NCBI GenBank assembly: GCA_018969615.1 | Contig: JAGWYA010000002.1 | Coordinates: 3,070-67,069 of the forward strand | Direction of reading: 5' to 3' | DNA length: 64,000 bases | DNA from: Patescibacteria group bacterium | GTDB taxonomy: Bacteria; Patescibacteriota; Minisyncoccia; UBA6257; 02-FULL-45-10c | In this document: positions 19,043 through 27,959 of the stretch, piece after piece | How the letters are laid out: each line of letters starts with the position of its first letter | Position numbering within the stretch: the stretch's first letter is position 1 | Program-made: the position numbers and the translations under genes | The notes under the pieces: model-generated | The model's database searches: none | Told to the model about the DNA's origin: nothing | Seen by the model: only the letters and a program-made list of their open reading frames with translations

Positions 19043-20755
19043 ATGGACAAGAACGTTACGAACATCATCGCCCCGGCGGCGATCCAAGTCGATCCGAACT
19101 ACCTGAAGGTAGGGGATAAATACACGAAAACGATGTTCATCTTTACCTATCCGCGCTATCTGACCACCGGCTGGTTCTCAGGGATCATTGATATGCCTGA
19201 ACTGCTCGATATTTCCATCTTCATTCATCCCGTCGAAACGACTCTCGCGCTCAAAAAACTCCGCCGGAAAGCGGCACAGGTTGAATCCCAGGTGATGGAA
19301 CGCCAGCAAAAGGGGCAAGTGCGCGATCCGATGCTTGAGACCGCCTATCAGGATATCGAATCGCTCCGCGATTCGCTTCAACAGACCCGCGAAAACCTTT
19401 TCAATGTCGGCGTCTATTTGACGATCTATGCGGATACAGTTGAAGCGCTCCATAAAATAGAAGGTAAGATCACTTCGCTCCTCGAAAGCCGCCTTGTCTA
19501 CGTAAAACCGGCGCTCTTCCAGCAGATCGAAGGGTTCGAGTCAACGCTTCCGCTCGGACAGGATAAGCTTGGCGTCTATAATCCGCTCAATTCCGGGCCG
19601 CTCTCTTCGATCTTTCCGTTCACCTCGGCCGATCTTACCTCGAACAGCGGGATTATGTACGGCATCAACCGCCATAATAACACCCTGATCATCTTCGACC
19701 GCTTCTCGCTGGAAAATGCGAATATGGTGATCTTTGCAAAGTCCGGCAGCGGTAAATCCTACGCGACCAAGCTCGAGATCATCCGCCTTCTAATGCTCGG
19801 CACGGATGTCCTGGTGATCGACCCGGAGAACGAATACGAGAACCTCGCCTCGGCGGTCGGCGGAAGCTATTTCCGCATCTCGCTTGCCTCGGAACACCAC
19901 ATTAATCCGTTCGATCTTCCGGTCGTTCCGCCGGACGAAGATCCGTCCGATGTTCTCCGCTCCCATATTGTGAACCTCGCCGGCCTTCTCAAGATCATGC
20001 TTGGGCAGATCACCTCTGAAGAAGACGCGCTTCTTGATCGCGCATTGGGCGAAACCTACGCTTCCCACGATATCGTTGCCGGCAAAGACTTCACGAACGC
20101 AACGCCGCCGCTTTTGGAAGATCTTCAAAAGATCCTTCAAAACATGGAGGGCGGTCGGGGACTCGCGGAGCGCCTCTATAAATTCACCTCGGGAAGTTAC
20201 GCCGGCTTTACGAACCAGCCGACGAACATCGATATTAAGAACCGTCTGATCGTATTCTCGATCCGCGATCTTGAGGACGAGCTCCGGCCGATCGCCATGT
20301 ATATCGTCCTCAACTTCATCTGGAGCCTGATTCGCGCCACGCTCAAAAAACGCGTGCTGGTCATCGATGAGGCATGGGTCATTATGAAACACGACGACGG
20401 CGCGACCTTCCTCTTCGGTCTCGTAAAGCGCTGCCGCAAATATTTCATGGGCGTCACGACGATCACCCAAGACGTTGAAGACTTCTTAAAATCACCGTAC
20501 GGGCGGCCGATCATAACCAACTCATCGCTCCAATTGCTTTTGAAGCAGGCCCCGGCATCCATGGACGTCATCACGAAAACCTTCAACCTGACCGAAGGCG
20601 AAAAAGACCTTCTTCTCCAGGCGAGCGTAGGCGAGGGGCTCTTCTTTGCAGGCCTCAATCATGTTGCGATCCAGATCATCCCGTCCTATTTGGAGGATAA
20701 GATCGTTACTACAAAACCGGAACAGATCCTCGAGCAGAAATCTACGCTCGAATAA
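19043..20755 (+). CDS. VirB4-like type IV secretion ATPase
   Basis: Walker A AKSGSGKS, IDPENEY, INPFD, Walker B LVIDEAW, RCRKY, ITQDVEDF. Confidence 0.9.
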   Translation: MDKNVTNIIAPAAIQVDPNYLKVGDKYTKTMFIFTYPRYLTTGWFSGIIDMPELLDISIFIHPVETTLALKKLRRKAAQVESQVMERQQKGQVRDPMLETAYQDIESLRDSLQQTRENLFNVGVYLTIYADTVEALHKIEGKITSLLESRLVYVKPALFQQIEGFESTLPLGQDKLGVYNPLNSGPLSSIFPFTSADLTSNSGIMYGINRHNNTLIIFDRFSLENANMVIFAKSGSGKSYATKLEIIRLLMLGTDVLVIDPENEYENLASAVGGSYFRISLASEHHINPFDLPVVPPDEDPSDVLRSHIVNLAGLLKIMLGQITSEEDALLDRALGETYASHDIVAGKDFTNATPPLLEDLQKILQNMEGGRGLAERLYKFTSGSYAGFTNQPTNIDIKNRLIVFSIRDLEDELRPIAMYIVLNFIWSLIRATLKKRVLVIDEAWVIMKHDDGATFLFGLVKRCRKYFMGVTTITQDVEDFLKSPYGRPIITNSSLQLLLKQAPASMDVITKTFNLTEGEKDLLLQASVGEGLFFAGLNHVAIQIIPSYLEDKIVTTKPEQILEQKSTLE

Positions 20756-20759
20756 CCCC

Positions 20760-21128
20760 ATGAATAAAAATGCAAAGATAGGCATTATTGATGCGATCAT
20801 TATGACACTGCTTTGCATCAGTGCAGATGCCGCCCAGATCATTGCTGATCTCAGTATCGCTATTCCAGTTGTCGGTGAGGTACTGCCATTAGCTGCATGG
20901 GCGTATGGGCTTGCCATTTCCGGTATTGTACTTTTTTGGCTTATAATGAAAGGAGTGAGCACGAAGTGGTTCCTTGGGGGAGCGGGTATCGATCTTATAC
21001 CTTTTGTAAATATCTTACCGGGAACTACCGCAGCGATCATTGCAACGATCATCGAGGATAATCTTCCTGAGAAGACAAAAGCAGTGACATCCCTTGTATC
21101 AAAAGCGGTCAATCCATTGGAAAAATAA
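20760..21128 (+). CDS. Small multi-pass membrane protein
   Basis: Hydrophobic ORF with IPVVG and LIPFVNILP motifs; stop overlaps next ATG. Confidence 0.75.
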   Translation: MNKNAKIGIIDAIIMTLLCISADAAQIIADLSIAIPVVGEVLPLAAWAYGLAISGIVLFWLIMKGVSTKWFLGGAGIDLIPFVNILPGTTAAIIATIIEDNLPEKTKAVTSLVSKAVNPLEK

Positions 21129-21877
21129 TGACGATCATGAGAACTCATACTAAAACCGGATCATTCGCCGCCCATCATCGACTGGCATGGTTTTCGGCTA
21201 TTTTACTGCCTACTGCCTACTGCCTCCTTGCTCTGACAGCAAACGCACAAACCGCTCCCGAGTTCATGGTTAGTTGGAAGGCCCTCGACTATGTTCCTGC
21301 GGACTATATCGGAAAAACATTGCCGACTCAAACGACGCAAGTCGAAGCGGCATTTGATGTGATCGATCAAGGAAAGATCGTCGATGTTTCAAAGAATATG
21401 ATAAATTGGTATGACAACAATGCCCTTATCGCCGCAGGGATAGGATTAAAGACGTTCAAGTTAACCCCCAGCAGCACGCAAAGCGACACCATCCGGATTG
21501 CGGTCTCGAATTATAATGCCAATGGGGATATCTCCACCTCATTTTTGGTCCCGATCGTGAAGCCTGAAGTGGCTGTCAGCGTACCGACACCGACCGCAAA
21601 TCTTTATCGGAACCGCACCGCTCTTGCACCTCAGCCCTATCTCCTTGAAGCCCGGCCTTTCTTTTTCAATGCGACCTCACTCTCCGGACTTACATTCTCT
21701 TGGCAGGTAAACAATACATCACCAACAGGGAATCCGGGAAATCCCAATTTTCTAACGCTTGATCTCTCTTCTCAAGGAACCCCTCAAGAAACCGATATTA
21801 CGCTTTCAGCCGGAGTGACTAATACCGGTAACCAACTCGAACTTGGCAGTCGCATGCTTAATCTTATCGTACAATAA
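21128..21877 (+). CDS. Secreted beta-rich (Ig-like) protein
   Basis: Signal peptide ending ANA, SWKA..YVP..Y.GK.LP, PFFF, FSWQVN. Confidence 0.75.
   Translation: MTIMRTHTKTGSFAAHHRLAWFSAILLPTAYCLLALTANAQTAPEFMVSWKALDYVPADYIGKTLPTQTTQVEAAFDVIDQGKIVDVSKNMINWYDNNALIAAGIGLKTFKLTPSSTQSDTIRIAVSNYNANGDISTSFLVPIVKPEVAVSVPTPTANLYRNRTALAPQPYLLEARPFFFNATSLSGLTFSWQVNNTSPTGNPGNPNFLTLDLSSQGTPQETDITLSAGVTNTGNQLELGSRMLNLIVQ
21203..21230 (+). repeat. CTACTGC heptamer array inside a signal peptide
   Basis: TTACTGC CTACTGC CTACTGC CTCCTTG encoding LLPTAYCLL. Confidence 0.75.
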
Positions 21878-21885
21878 CCATACAT

Positions 21886-23022
21886 ATGATCCATTATTCC
21901 TTTTCCGGTATCCCTAAAAAAGTCGCGATCTCTTTTTTAGTTGCATTCCTTTCAGTATCACTGGCTGGTCTTGCTGCGGCTCAACAATATGTGCCGCCGA
22001 TCAGTGGAGGGCAATGTCCCGCCGGTTCGATCCCGGCAGGAACATATTCTGATGGCACGCCCCGATGCCAAGTTCAATCGACAACCCCTGCCGCATCCAC
22101 AGCCAATACCTCAACCTCTCAGTCGGGGGACATTGTTCCTACAACACTTGGTCTCACGCCCTCGGGCCTTGTTGGTGTAACTTGTCCAAATGGATATACC
22201 GTGAACTATGACCTATCTGGGAATGGCGGGCAGATCTGCTTGAAGAACGGCGCGCCGACTCCATCAGGTTATCAGGTCCAATCAAGTACCGATACCGTGA
22301 AAGGCACGCCTGTCAGCTCTTCCACTGCAGCAGCCTTTAATCCTTCCTTAGCGCCTACGACTATTTCTCAGCATGTCGATTCTTATGCGGTTAAATACAC
22401 TATCCCATGCCAACCGACTGCCGGAGGAACGTGTCCCGCCGAAAGTAATTCATCGCCTGCAGCGTATATCGTCCGCCTCTATCAATTCGGTCTGATGATC
22501 GTCGGCCTCCTCGCGTTTGGCGCGATCGTCTATGGAGCATTGAAGTATATTCTCTCCGCGGGGAACATGGCCGATCAGTCCGATGCAAAAGATCAGATCA
22601 CCCAGGCGCTCTGGGGCGTTGTCCTCCTTCTTGGCGCCTATACGCTTCTTTATACGATCAATCCGCGGCTCGTCAGTTTAAGTAATCCGGAGATCGTTCC
22701 TCTGAACGTCTCGGCACTTCAATCACCGTCAGGGAATGGAACGCCGGGAAGTCAGATCCCGACCGCTGCCGGTCCAGGAGGCGATCCGCTTTGCAAGTTA
22801 TATGTGAATTCGGGTATTAACATAAACCTCTCAACCTCAGCAGGAAATCTTGGTGGAACTCCTCAAGGCTGCATCCAGTGTGTATCAAACGCATCAGTAT
22901 CAGGCGGCACATGCCAATGTGATACTGGATATACAACCACTGCAGGAACAGATAATAATACTTGTGTTCCGCTTCCGGCTAAAGGACCCAATAGTCCGAA
23001 ATTAACAGCCCCACTTCAATAA
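21886..23022 (+). CDS. T4SS pilin-like (TrbC/VirB2-like) protein with Cys-rich extensions
   Basis: Core GLLAFGAIVYGALKYILSAGN...AKDQITQALWGVVLLLGAYTLLYTINP flanked by Cys/Gly/Thr-rich domains. Confidence 0.8.
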   Translation: MIHYSFSGIPKKVAISFLVAFLSVSLAGLAAAQQYVPPISGGQCPAGSIPAGTYSDGTPRCQVQSTTPAASTANTSTSQSGDIVPTTLGLTPSGLVGVTCPNGYTVNYDLSGNGGQICLKNGAPTPSGYQVQSSTDTVKGTPVSSSTAAAFNPSLAPTTISQHVDSYAVKYTIPCQPTAGGTCPAESNSSPAAYIVRLYQFGLMIVGLLAFGAIVYGALKYILSAGNMADQSDAKDQITQALWGVVLLLGAYTLLYTINPRLVSLSNPEIVPLNVSALQSPSGNGTPGSQIPTAAGPGGDPLCKLYVNSGININLSTSAGNLGGTPQGCIQCVSNASVSGGTCQCDTGYTTTAGTDNNTCVPLPAKGPNSPKLTAPLQ

Positions 23023-23065
23023 CAAACCCCCTCTGACATGACTGAGCATTTGAACATAACTCACT

Positions 23066-24148
23066 ATGAACTGGCTTAAACTTATAAAATATCTGGTCAT
23101 TATCCTCATCATTGTGGGGATCGTCTGGTTAGTGCGCTTCTTCTTTTTCTCAACGCCGGCAGGCCAAAATATTTTGAGCGCACTTCTCCCGCAACAGGCG
23201 GCGCAGCCGGTTGCCACTTCGACCGCGCAACAACTCAACGCACTGACCTCGGAACCGATCTTCGATTACTGGGTCAGTACGAGCACGAATGCCGTCTTTT
23301 ATGCGACCGAAACGGGGCAGATCATGAAGCTCGCCAATGCGCAAACAATGCCGGTTACATCCCAGACCATCACGCGGCTTCATTCCATTGCCGGATCATA
23401 TGATGGCGCATACGCCGTTGCCGAGTTCAATTATCCGTCCCTTCCGCTTTTCAGCGTCCTGACCACCGCGAATAAAACCTGGCAGCCACTGCCGGTCGGC
23501 ACGATCGCCGCCGCGTGGTCGCCTGACAAAGATCAGCTGGCCTACCTCAGCAGTACGGCATTGAATATCCTGGATATGGCCACGAATAAGACTACTCAGG
23601 TCATGCCGCTGACCCAGGAAGAACTGGCTATGACATGGGTGACCGATTCGAAGATCGTTTTGAGCACGCTGCCGACCGCCCAACTGAATACCGAGACCTG
23701 GACCATCGATCCGGTGAAGAAAACGATCACGTCGTCCCTGGAGGCCCCGGGGACCGTCACAAACTGGTCGCCGGACGGAACGATGGGCATCATGCTGACC
23801 AACACCAATAATGCTCCGGTTACGAGCCTCATCGATCCGAACCAAAACCAGCTCTCCCAGTTCTCCTTCGTCACGATGCCGGAGAAGTGCGCGTTCGACG
23901 GAACTAAGATCTACTGCGCGATCCCCAAAAACATTCCAACCCAGGCAACGCTTCCGGATGACTTCTACAAAAAATCGGTTTACTTCGATGATGCGATCTA
24001 TCTGATCGATCTTTCCTCGGGCGGATTCACGCAGGCGCAGACCGGCTCGGCAAACCCGATCGATGCGACCCATTTGGAAGTCCAGGGCTCGGCGCTGCTC
24101 TTCATCAACCGCCTCGACAACAAGCTGTACTCGCTGACACTGCAGTAG
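23066..24148 (+). CDS. Membrane-anchored beta-propeller (TolB/WD40-like) protein
   Basis: N-terminal TM; WSPD repeats; EKC...YCAIP...LPDDFY C-terminal motif. Confidence 0.75.
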   Translation: MNWLKLIKYLVIILIIVGIVWLVRFFFFSTPAGQNILSALLPQQAAQPVATSTAQQLNALTSEPIFDYWVSTSTNAVFYATETGQIMKLANAQTMPVTSQTITRLHSIAGSYDGAYAVAEFNYPSLPLFSVLTTANKTWQPLPVGTIAAAWSPDKDQLAYLSSTALNILDMATNKTTQVMPLTQEELAMTWVTDSKIVLSTLPTAQLNTETWTIDPVKKTITSSLEAPGTVTNWSPDGTMGIMLTNTNNAPVTSLIDPNQNQLSQFSFVTMPEKCAFDGTKIYCAIPKNIPTQATLPDDFYKKSVYFDDAIYLIDLSSGGFTQAQTGSANPIDATHLEVQGSALLFINRLDNKLYSLTLQ

Positions 24149-24165
24149 AATTTTTCCGCTCGTGA

Positions 24166-24229
24166 GGGCAGAGGAACTTATTTTGGGAACGTAAGAATTT
24201 CAATGTTCTCAAAAGAAGTTCCTCTGCCT
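24166..24229 (+). repeat. Conserved-loop hairpin HL2 (loop GTAAGAATTTCAAT)
   Basis: gggcagaggaacttattttgggaac / gttctcaaaagaagttcctctgcct 25-nt arms. Confidence 0.8.
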
Positions 24230-24243
24230 TATAGCCTTTCACA

Positions 24244-24314
24244 TATAAAAGTACCGCATCATTTTCTAAGTATTGAAATACTTACACTTAGAAAGTGATA
24301 CGGTGCTTTTTATA
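24244..24314 (-). repeat. Conserved-loop hairpin HL3 (loop GTAAGTATTTCAAT on minus strand)
   Basis: tataaaagtaccgcatcattttctaagt / acttagaaagtgatacggtgctttttata arms; loop 24272-24285. Confidence 0.8.
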
Positions 24315-24321
24315 ACTACTT

Positions 24322-24365
24322 AAGAAAATACTCTCCGACTTCTATTGGAGAGTATTTTCTTTTTT
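24322..24365. terminator. Probable bidirectional terminator
   Basis: aagaaaatactctcc-10 nt-ggagagtattttctt between convergent genes. Confidence 0.65.
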
Positions 24366-24795
24366 ACAGGTCCAGCGGTTTGACCACCACCTGCCGCGCT
24401 TCGCCTTCGCCGATGCTTTCCGTTTTGATGTCAGGCCGCGTCGCAAGCTCCACATGCACCAACCGGCGTTCATAGGCGTTCATCGCCGGGAGAGAAACCT
24501 CTTTCTTCTCCAGAAGCGCTTTGCGCGCGGCCGCTTTCGCGAGCTCGCCGATCAGACGCTCCCGTTCACGCTTGTAGTTGTTCACGTCAACGATCACGCG
24601 TTCCAGTTGCATCTTCTTCGCCATCAAACGCACGACATGGTCGAGGTCCTGCATCAAACGCGGAAGGAATCGGGCAACCACATCCTCGTCATGGATAAAA
24701 ATGCTCACGCGGCGCCCTTCAGCGTCCACGTCAACCGAGAAGTCCAGCCCGGACGGCCGTAACATCTGTTCGATCGTTTGTTTAAGCGAGTCCAT
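24364..24795 (-). CDS. Jag/KhpB-like KH-R3H RNA-binding protein (short form)
   Basis: VDVNNYK, LPAMNAYERRLVH, TESIGEGEARQVVV; downstream of yidC. Confidence 0.88.
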   Translation of the reverse strand: MDSLKQTIEQMLRPSGLDFSVDVDAEGRRVSIFIHDEDVVARFLPRLMQDLDHVVRLMAKKMQLERVIVDVNNYKRERERLIGELAKAAARKALLEKKEVSLPAMNAYERRLVHVELATRPDIKTESIGEGEARQVVVKPLDL

Positions 24796-25501
24796 GTACT
24801 TTTTCTTCTTCTTTAATATTGATGGTCTTATTGATATAGATCTGCTGACCGGCGGTAAAGACCGAGGTCACCACCCAGTACAAACCGATCGCCGAAGGAA
24901 GAGTTCCCAGGATCACCACCGTGATCACCGGACCGATGAAGATCATCTGCCGCGTCATTTGATCCGCAGTCGAGAGCTCCTGCCCCTTTTCGAGCTTCGG
25001 TAGTGCCAGGCGCCCTTGCACGTATTGTGCCGCTGCCGCCAGGATAACCATAAGAATACTCGGATTTTGGAGATTGAGCAAGTGCAGGAACGTAGCGTTT
25101 ATCTGCTGCGGGACGGCAACAAAGCTATACAGCAGCGTCAGAGACTCCGGAGTGATCTTCTGTAAAAAGACGCGATAAAGTCCGATCAACACCGGAAGCT
25201 GGACCAGCAGCATCAAAAATCCCGAAAAAGGGTTCACATTATGCTGCCGATAGAGCTCCATCATAGCCTGTGCCTGTTTTTCTTTATCATCCTTATGCTG
25301 ATGCTGGATCTTTTTAATATCCGGCTGAAGCTTTTGAATAAGGGTCTGGTTCCGGGCGCCTTTATAGAAAAGCGGCATGAATGCGATACGGATCGCGAGC
25401 GTCAAAAGAATGATCGCAACGCCAAGATCATGAAACGCGATCGTGTTATAGAACACGATGAGCGCATTGAGGAACGGGGTGTAGAAAATGGCTTGGAGCA
25501 T
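24782..25501 (-). CDS. yidC: YidC/Oxa1 membrane protein insertase
   Basis: GVAIILLTLAIR, LQPDIKKIQ, MMELYRQHNVNP, QLPVLIGLY, LYW; canonical synteny. Confidence 0.95.
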   Translation of the reverse strand: MLQAIFYTPFLNALIVFYNTIAFHDLGVAIILLTLAIRIAFMPLFYKGARNQTLIQKLQPDIKKIQHQHKDDKEKQAQAMMELYRQHNVNPFSGFLMLLVQLPVLIGLYRVFLQKITPESLTLLYSFVAVPQQINATFLHLLNLQNPSILMVILAAAAQYVQGRLALPKLEKGQELSTADQMTRQMIFIGPVITVVILGTLPSAIGLYWVVTSVFTAGQQIYINKTINIKEEEKVHGLA

Positions 25502-25516
25502 AGAAAGATAAATGGC

Positions 25517-25846
25517 TTACCGGGCGATGCCGCGGACCGCTGCTGCGACCGATCGGGTAAGATCGTGCGCATCGGTGCGGGATGCTGCGGCGTTCACAAT
25601 GAAAAGAAGATCGGAACGGGAGAGAAGCTTCGGGGCGTGCATCTCCCGCAAGGCATTAAAGAAGATACGGCGGAGGCGCGTGCGGTCGGATGCTTTTTTC
25701 ACGGTCCCTTTTTTAAGAACAACGCCAAAACGGGCATAGGGGAACGGGCTCGGGAACACTTTAACTGAAAATTCGGGGAAGGGGATCGTGCGGCCTCGCA
25801 TGTCCCGGGTTGACTGGATCGGAAGACGGTATTTCTTTGCCAGCAT
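25517..25846 (-). CDS. rnpA: Ribonuclease P protein component
   Basis: MLAKKYRL, RFGVVL.K, KKASDRTRLRR (RNR-like motif); between rpmH and yidC. Confidence 0.88.
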   Translation of the reverse strand: MLAKKYRLPIQSTRDMRGRTIPFPEFSVKVFPSPFPYARFGVVLKKGTVKKASDRTRLRRIFFNALREMHAPKLLSRSDLLFIVNAAASRTDAHDLTRSVAAAVRGIAR

Positions 25847-25886
25847 AGATACGCGAATCGCGGGACATGCCCGCGAATTGCTTTAC

Positions 25887-26021
25887 TTAGACCGTCAACC
25901 GATGACGCCCCTTATGACGGCGCGCCGTCAGTACTCGGCGCCCTCCCTTCGTCCTGTTCCGGCGAAGGAAACCATGCGTCCGGGCCCGTTTTCGCTTTTT
26001 AGGTTGATATGTTTGCGACAT
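25887..26021 (-). CDS. rpmH: 50S ribosomal protein L34
   Basis: [21 protein letters not shown]...GRRVL..RR.KGRHRL, 44 aa. Confidence 0.97.
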   Translation of the reverse strand: MSQTYQPKKRKRARTHGFLRRNRTKGGRRVLTARRHKGRHRLTV

Positions 26022-26217
26022 GAAACCAGTATATACTATCGTTTCAGGCGAGGCAAGCAAGGAATTCGCTCCGCTGCACGGCCATTTTTTGCGATCCGAC
26101 AGGCATTGCATGGCATACCAGCGCACGTTTGATACAAAATGGCAAATTACTATGGACAAACGATCTGCGTCTCGGTCATACTGATAAAAAATACACCCGT
26201 TGCTGATGCAAAAACAG

Positions 26218-26226
26218 TTATCCACA
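26218..26226 (+). promoter_or_regulatory. DnaA box upstream of dnaA
   Basis: Perfect TTATCCACA in the rpmH-dnaA intergenic region. Confidence 0.8.
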
Positions 26227-26392
26227 AGGCATCAACAGATTATTATCTTTTCACTGTTTCCTTCTGCGGCGCATCCGTTTAAAATGAATATATATTTTCG
26301 GTGTGTTTCTCCGGTACTTCTTAAAAATCATTTTTCAGTCCGTTGAAGTAAGGCAACGGGCGGTGGGAGAGTAATCATTTTATTTTTTTATC

Positions 26393-27760
26393 ATGGAGTT
26401 CGAACAATTGTGGCAAACTGCGCTCGGTGAAATAGAAACTCAGGTTTCTAAGCCGAACTTTGCGACCTGGCTGAAGAACAGTAAGCTCTTGGACAAGCAA
26501 GAAGGCGTGGTCTTGGTCGGACTTCCGAACACTTTTGCAAAAGAATGGGTGGAGAACAAGTATCAGAAGATCATTTTGAACGCGCTGCGCAATCAGGACC
26601 AGGCGACAAAGAAGGTTCAGTTCACGGTGCATAACACGAACATCGCTCCGACGCCGCTCCCGCAGCGAAAACCGAAGCAGGTCAGCGAAGAAGAGTTCAA
26701 GAAACAGCTTGCGTTCGAAGAACTGAAGATCGATCCGGAAACGAACCTCAATCCGCGCTATCGCCTGAGTTCGTTTGTCGTCGGCAAAACGAACGAACTC
26801 GCGTACGCCGCCGCAAGCGCGGTTATTGATGAGATCGGCCGGAAATATAATCCGTTGTTCTTCTACGGCGGCACCGGACTGGGAAAGACCCATCTCATCC
26901 AGGCGATCGGGAACGAGATCAAAGTGCGCTACAAGGATAAAGTACGCGTGAAATATGTGTCGTCCGAAAAATTCACGAACGATGTGATCTACGGGATCCG
27001 GAACAAGCGCATGGAGGACATGAAGGACAAGTACCGGAACGTCGACGTTCTGATCATCGATGATATTCAGTTCATCGGCGGCAAGACCACGACGGAAGAG
27101 GAGTTCTTCCATACCTTCAACGCGCTCTACGAGAACAATAAACAGATCATCATCTCGTCCGACCGCCCGCCGAAGTTCATCCCGACCCTGGAAGACCGCC
27201 TGCGGTCCCGGTTCGAAGGCGGCATGATCGCGGATATCTCCTATCCTGACTACGAACTGCGCCTTGCTATCTTAAAGACTAAGCTCCAGGAGCGCGGAGC
27301 GGCCTTGCCGGAGAACATCGTTGAGTTCATCGCCAATAAGATCCAGAAGAACCTTCGCGAACTGGAGGGGGTGCTGAACCGGATCCTGTTCTACCAGTAC
27401 GCAAAGAAGGAAGTGACCCTGAAGATGGTGGAAGAGATCGTCAGCGGCGTCCTTCAGCAGCCGACCAAGAACATCAATCCGAACCAGGTCATTAAAGCGG
27501 TCGCTGATTACTATGAGATCTCCCAGAACGATCTGACCGGCCGCTGCCGCCAGAAAAGCATCGTAGAACCGCGCCAGATCACCATGTACCTCCTCCGGGA
27601 CATTCTCGGCCTTTCCTACCCGGATATCGGCCAAAAACTGGGCAAGCGCGACCATACCACGGCGATCTATGCGACGAATAAGATCTCCGAAGAGATCAAT
27701 AAAGATCAGGACCTCAATCAGAAGATCCTGGCGATCAAAGATCTGGTTTATAAAGAATAA
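26393..27760 (+). CDS. dnaA: Chromosomal replication initiator DnaA
   Basis: YNPLFFYGGTGLGKTHL, DVLIIDDIQF, EEFFHTFN, RLRSRF, RELEG, RDHTT. Confidence 0.98.
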   Translation: MEFEQLWQTALGEIETQVSKPNFATWLKNSKLLDKQEGVVLVGLPNTFAKEWVENKYQKIILNALRNQDQATKKVQFTVHNTNIAPTPLPQRKPKQVSEEEFKKQLAFEELKIDPETNLNPRYRLSSFVVGKTNELAYAAASAVIDEIGRKYNPLFFYGGTGLGKTHLIQAIGNEIKVRYKDKVRVKYVSSEKFTNDVIYGIRNKRMEDMKDKYRNVDVLIIDDIQFIGGKTTTEEEFFHTFNALYENNKQIIISSDRPPKFIPTLEDRLRSRFEGGMIADISYPDYELRLAILKTKLQERGAALPENIVEFIANKIQKNLRELEGVLNRILFYQYAKKEVTLKMVEEIVSGVLQQPTKNINPNQVIKAVADYYEISQNDLTGRCRQKSIVEPRQITMYLLRDILGLSYPDIGQKLGKRDHTTAIYATNKISEEINKDQDLNQKILAIKDLVYKE

Positions 27761-27959
27761 GGTGGGGATAAGGGATAGGATAGTCTCTGTATAAATATGA
27801 ACGTTCACACTGCATATAAAAATTATCCGAAGATCTTCAGAGGGTTATCCACAAGAAATCAGCGGAAAGAAAAACTCTTTTTTCGTTATTCCGTCTGGCT
27901 TCTCCGGTTTTCTCCCCTGTATTAACATCCCCTATTACCTCTTCTAATTCTTTATCTAT
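27761..27959. other. Probable oriC (dnaA-dnaN intergenic part)
   Basis: TTATCCACA 27845-27853, near-box TGGGGATAA 27763-27771, AT-rich segments, trio-like tract before dnaN. Confidence 0.75.

Noticed and set aside
12305-24148. Conjugative element (ICE)
   Set aside because: No relaxase, coupling protein, integrase or att repeats seen; embedded among core genes.
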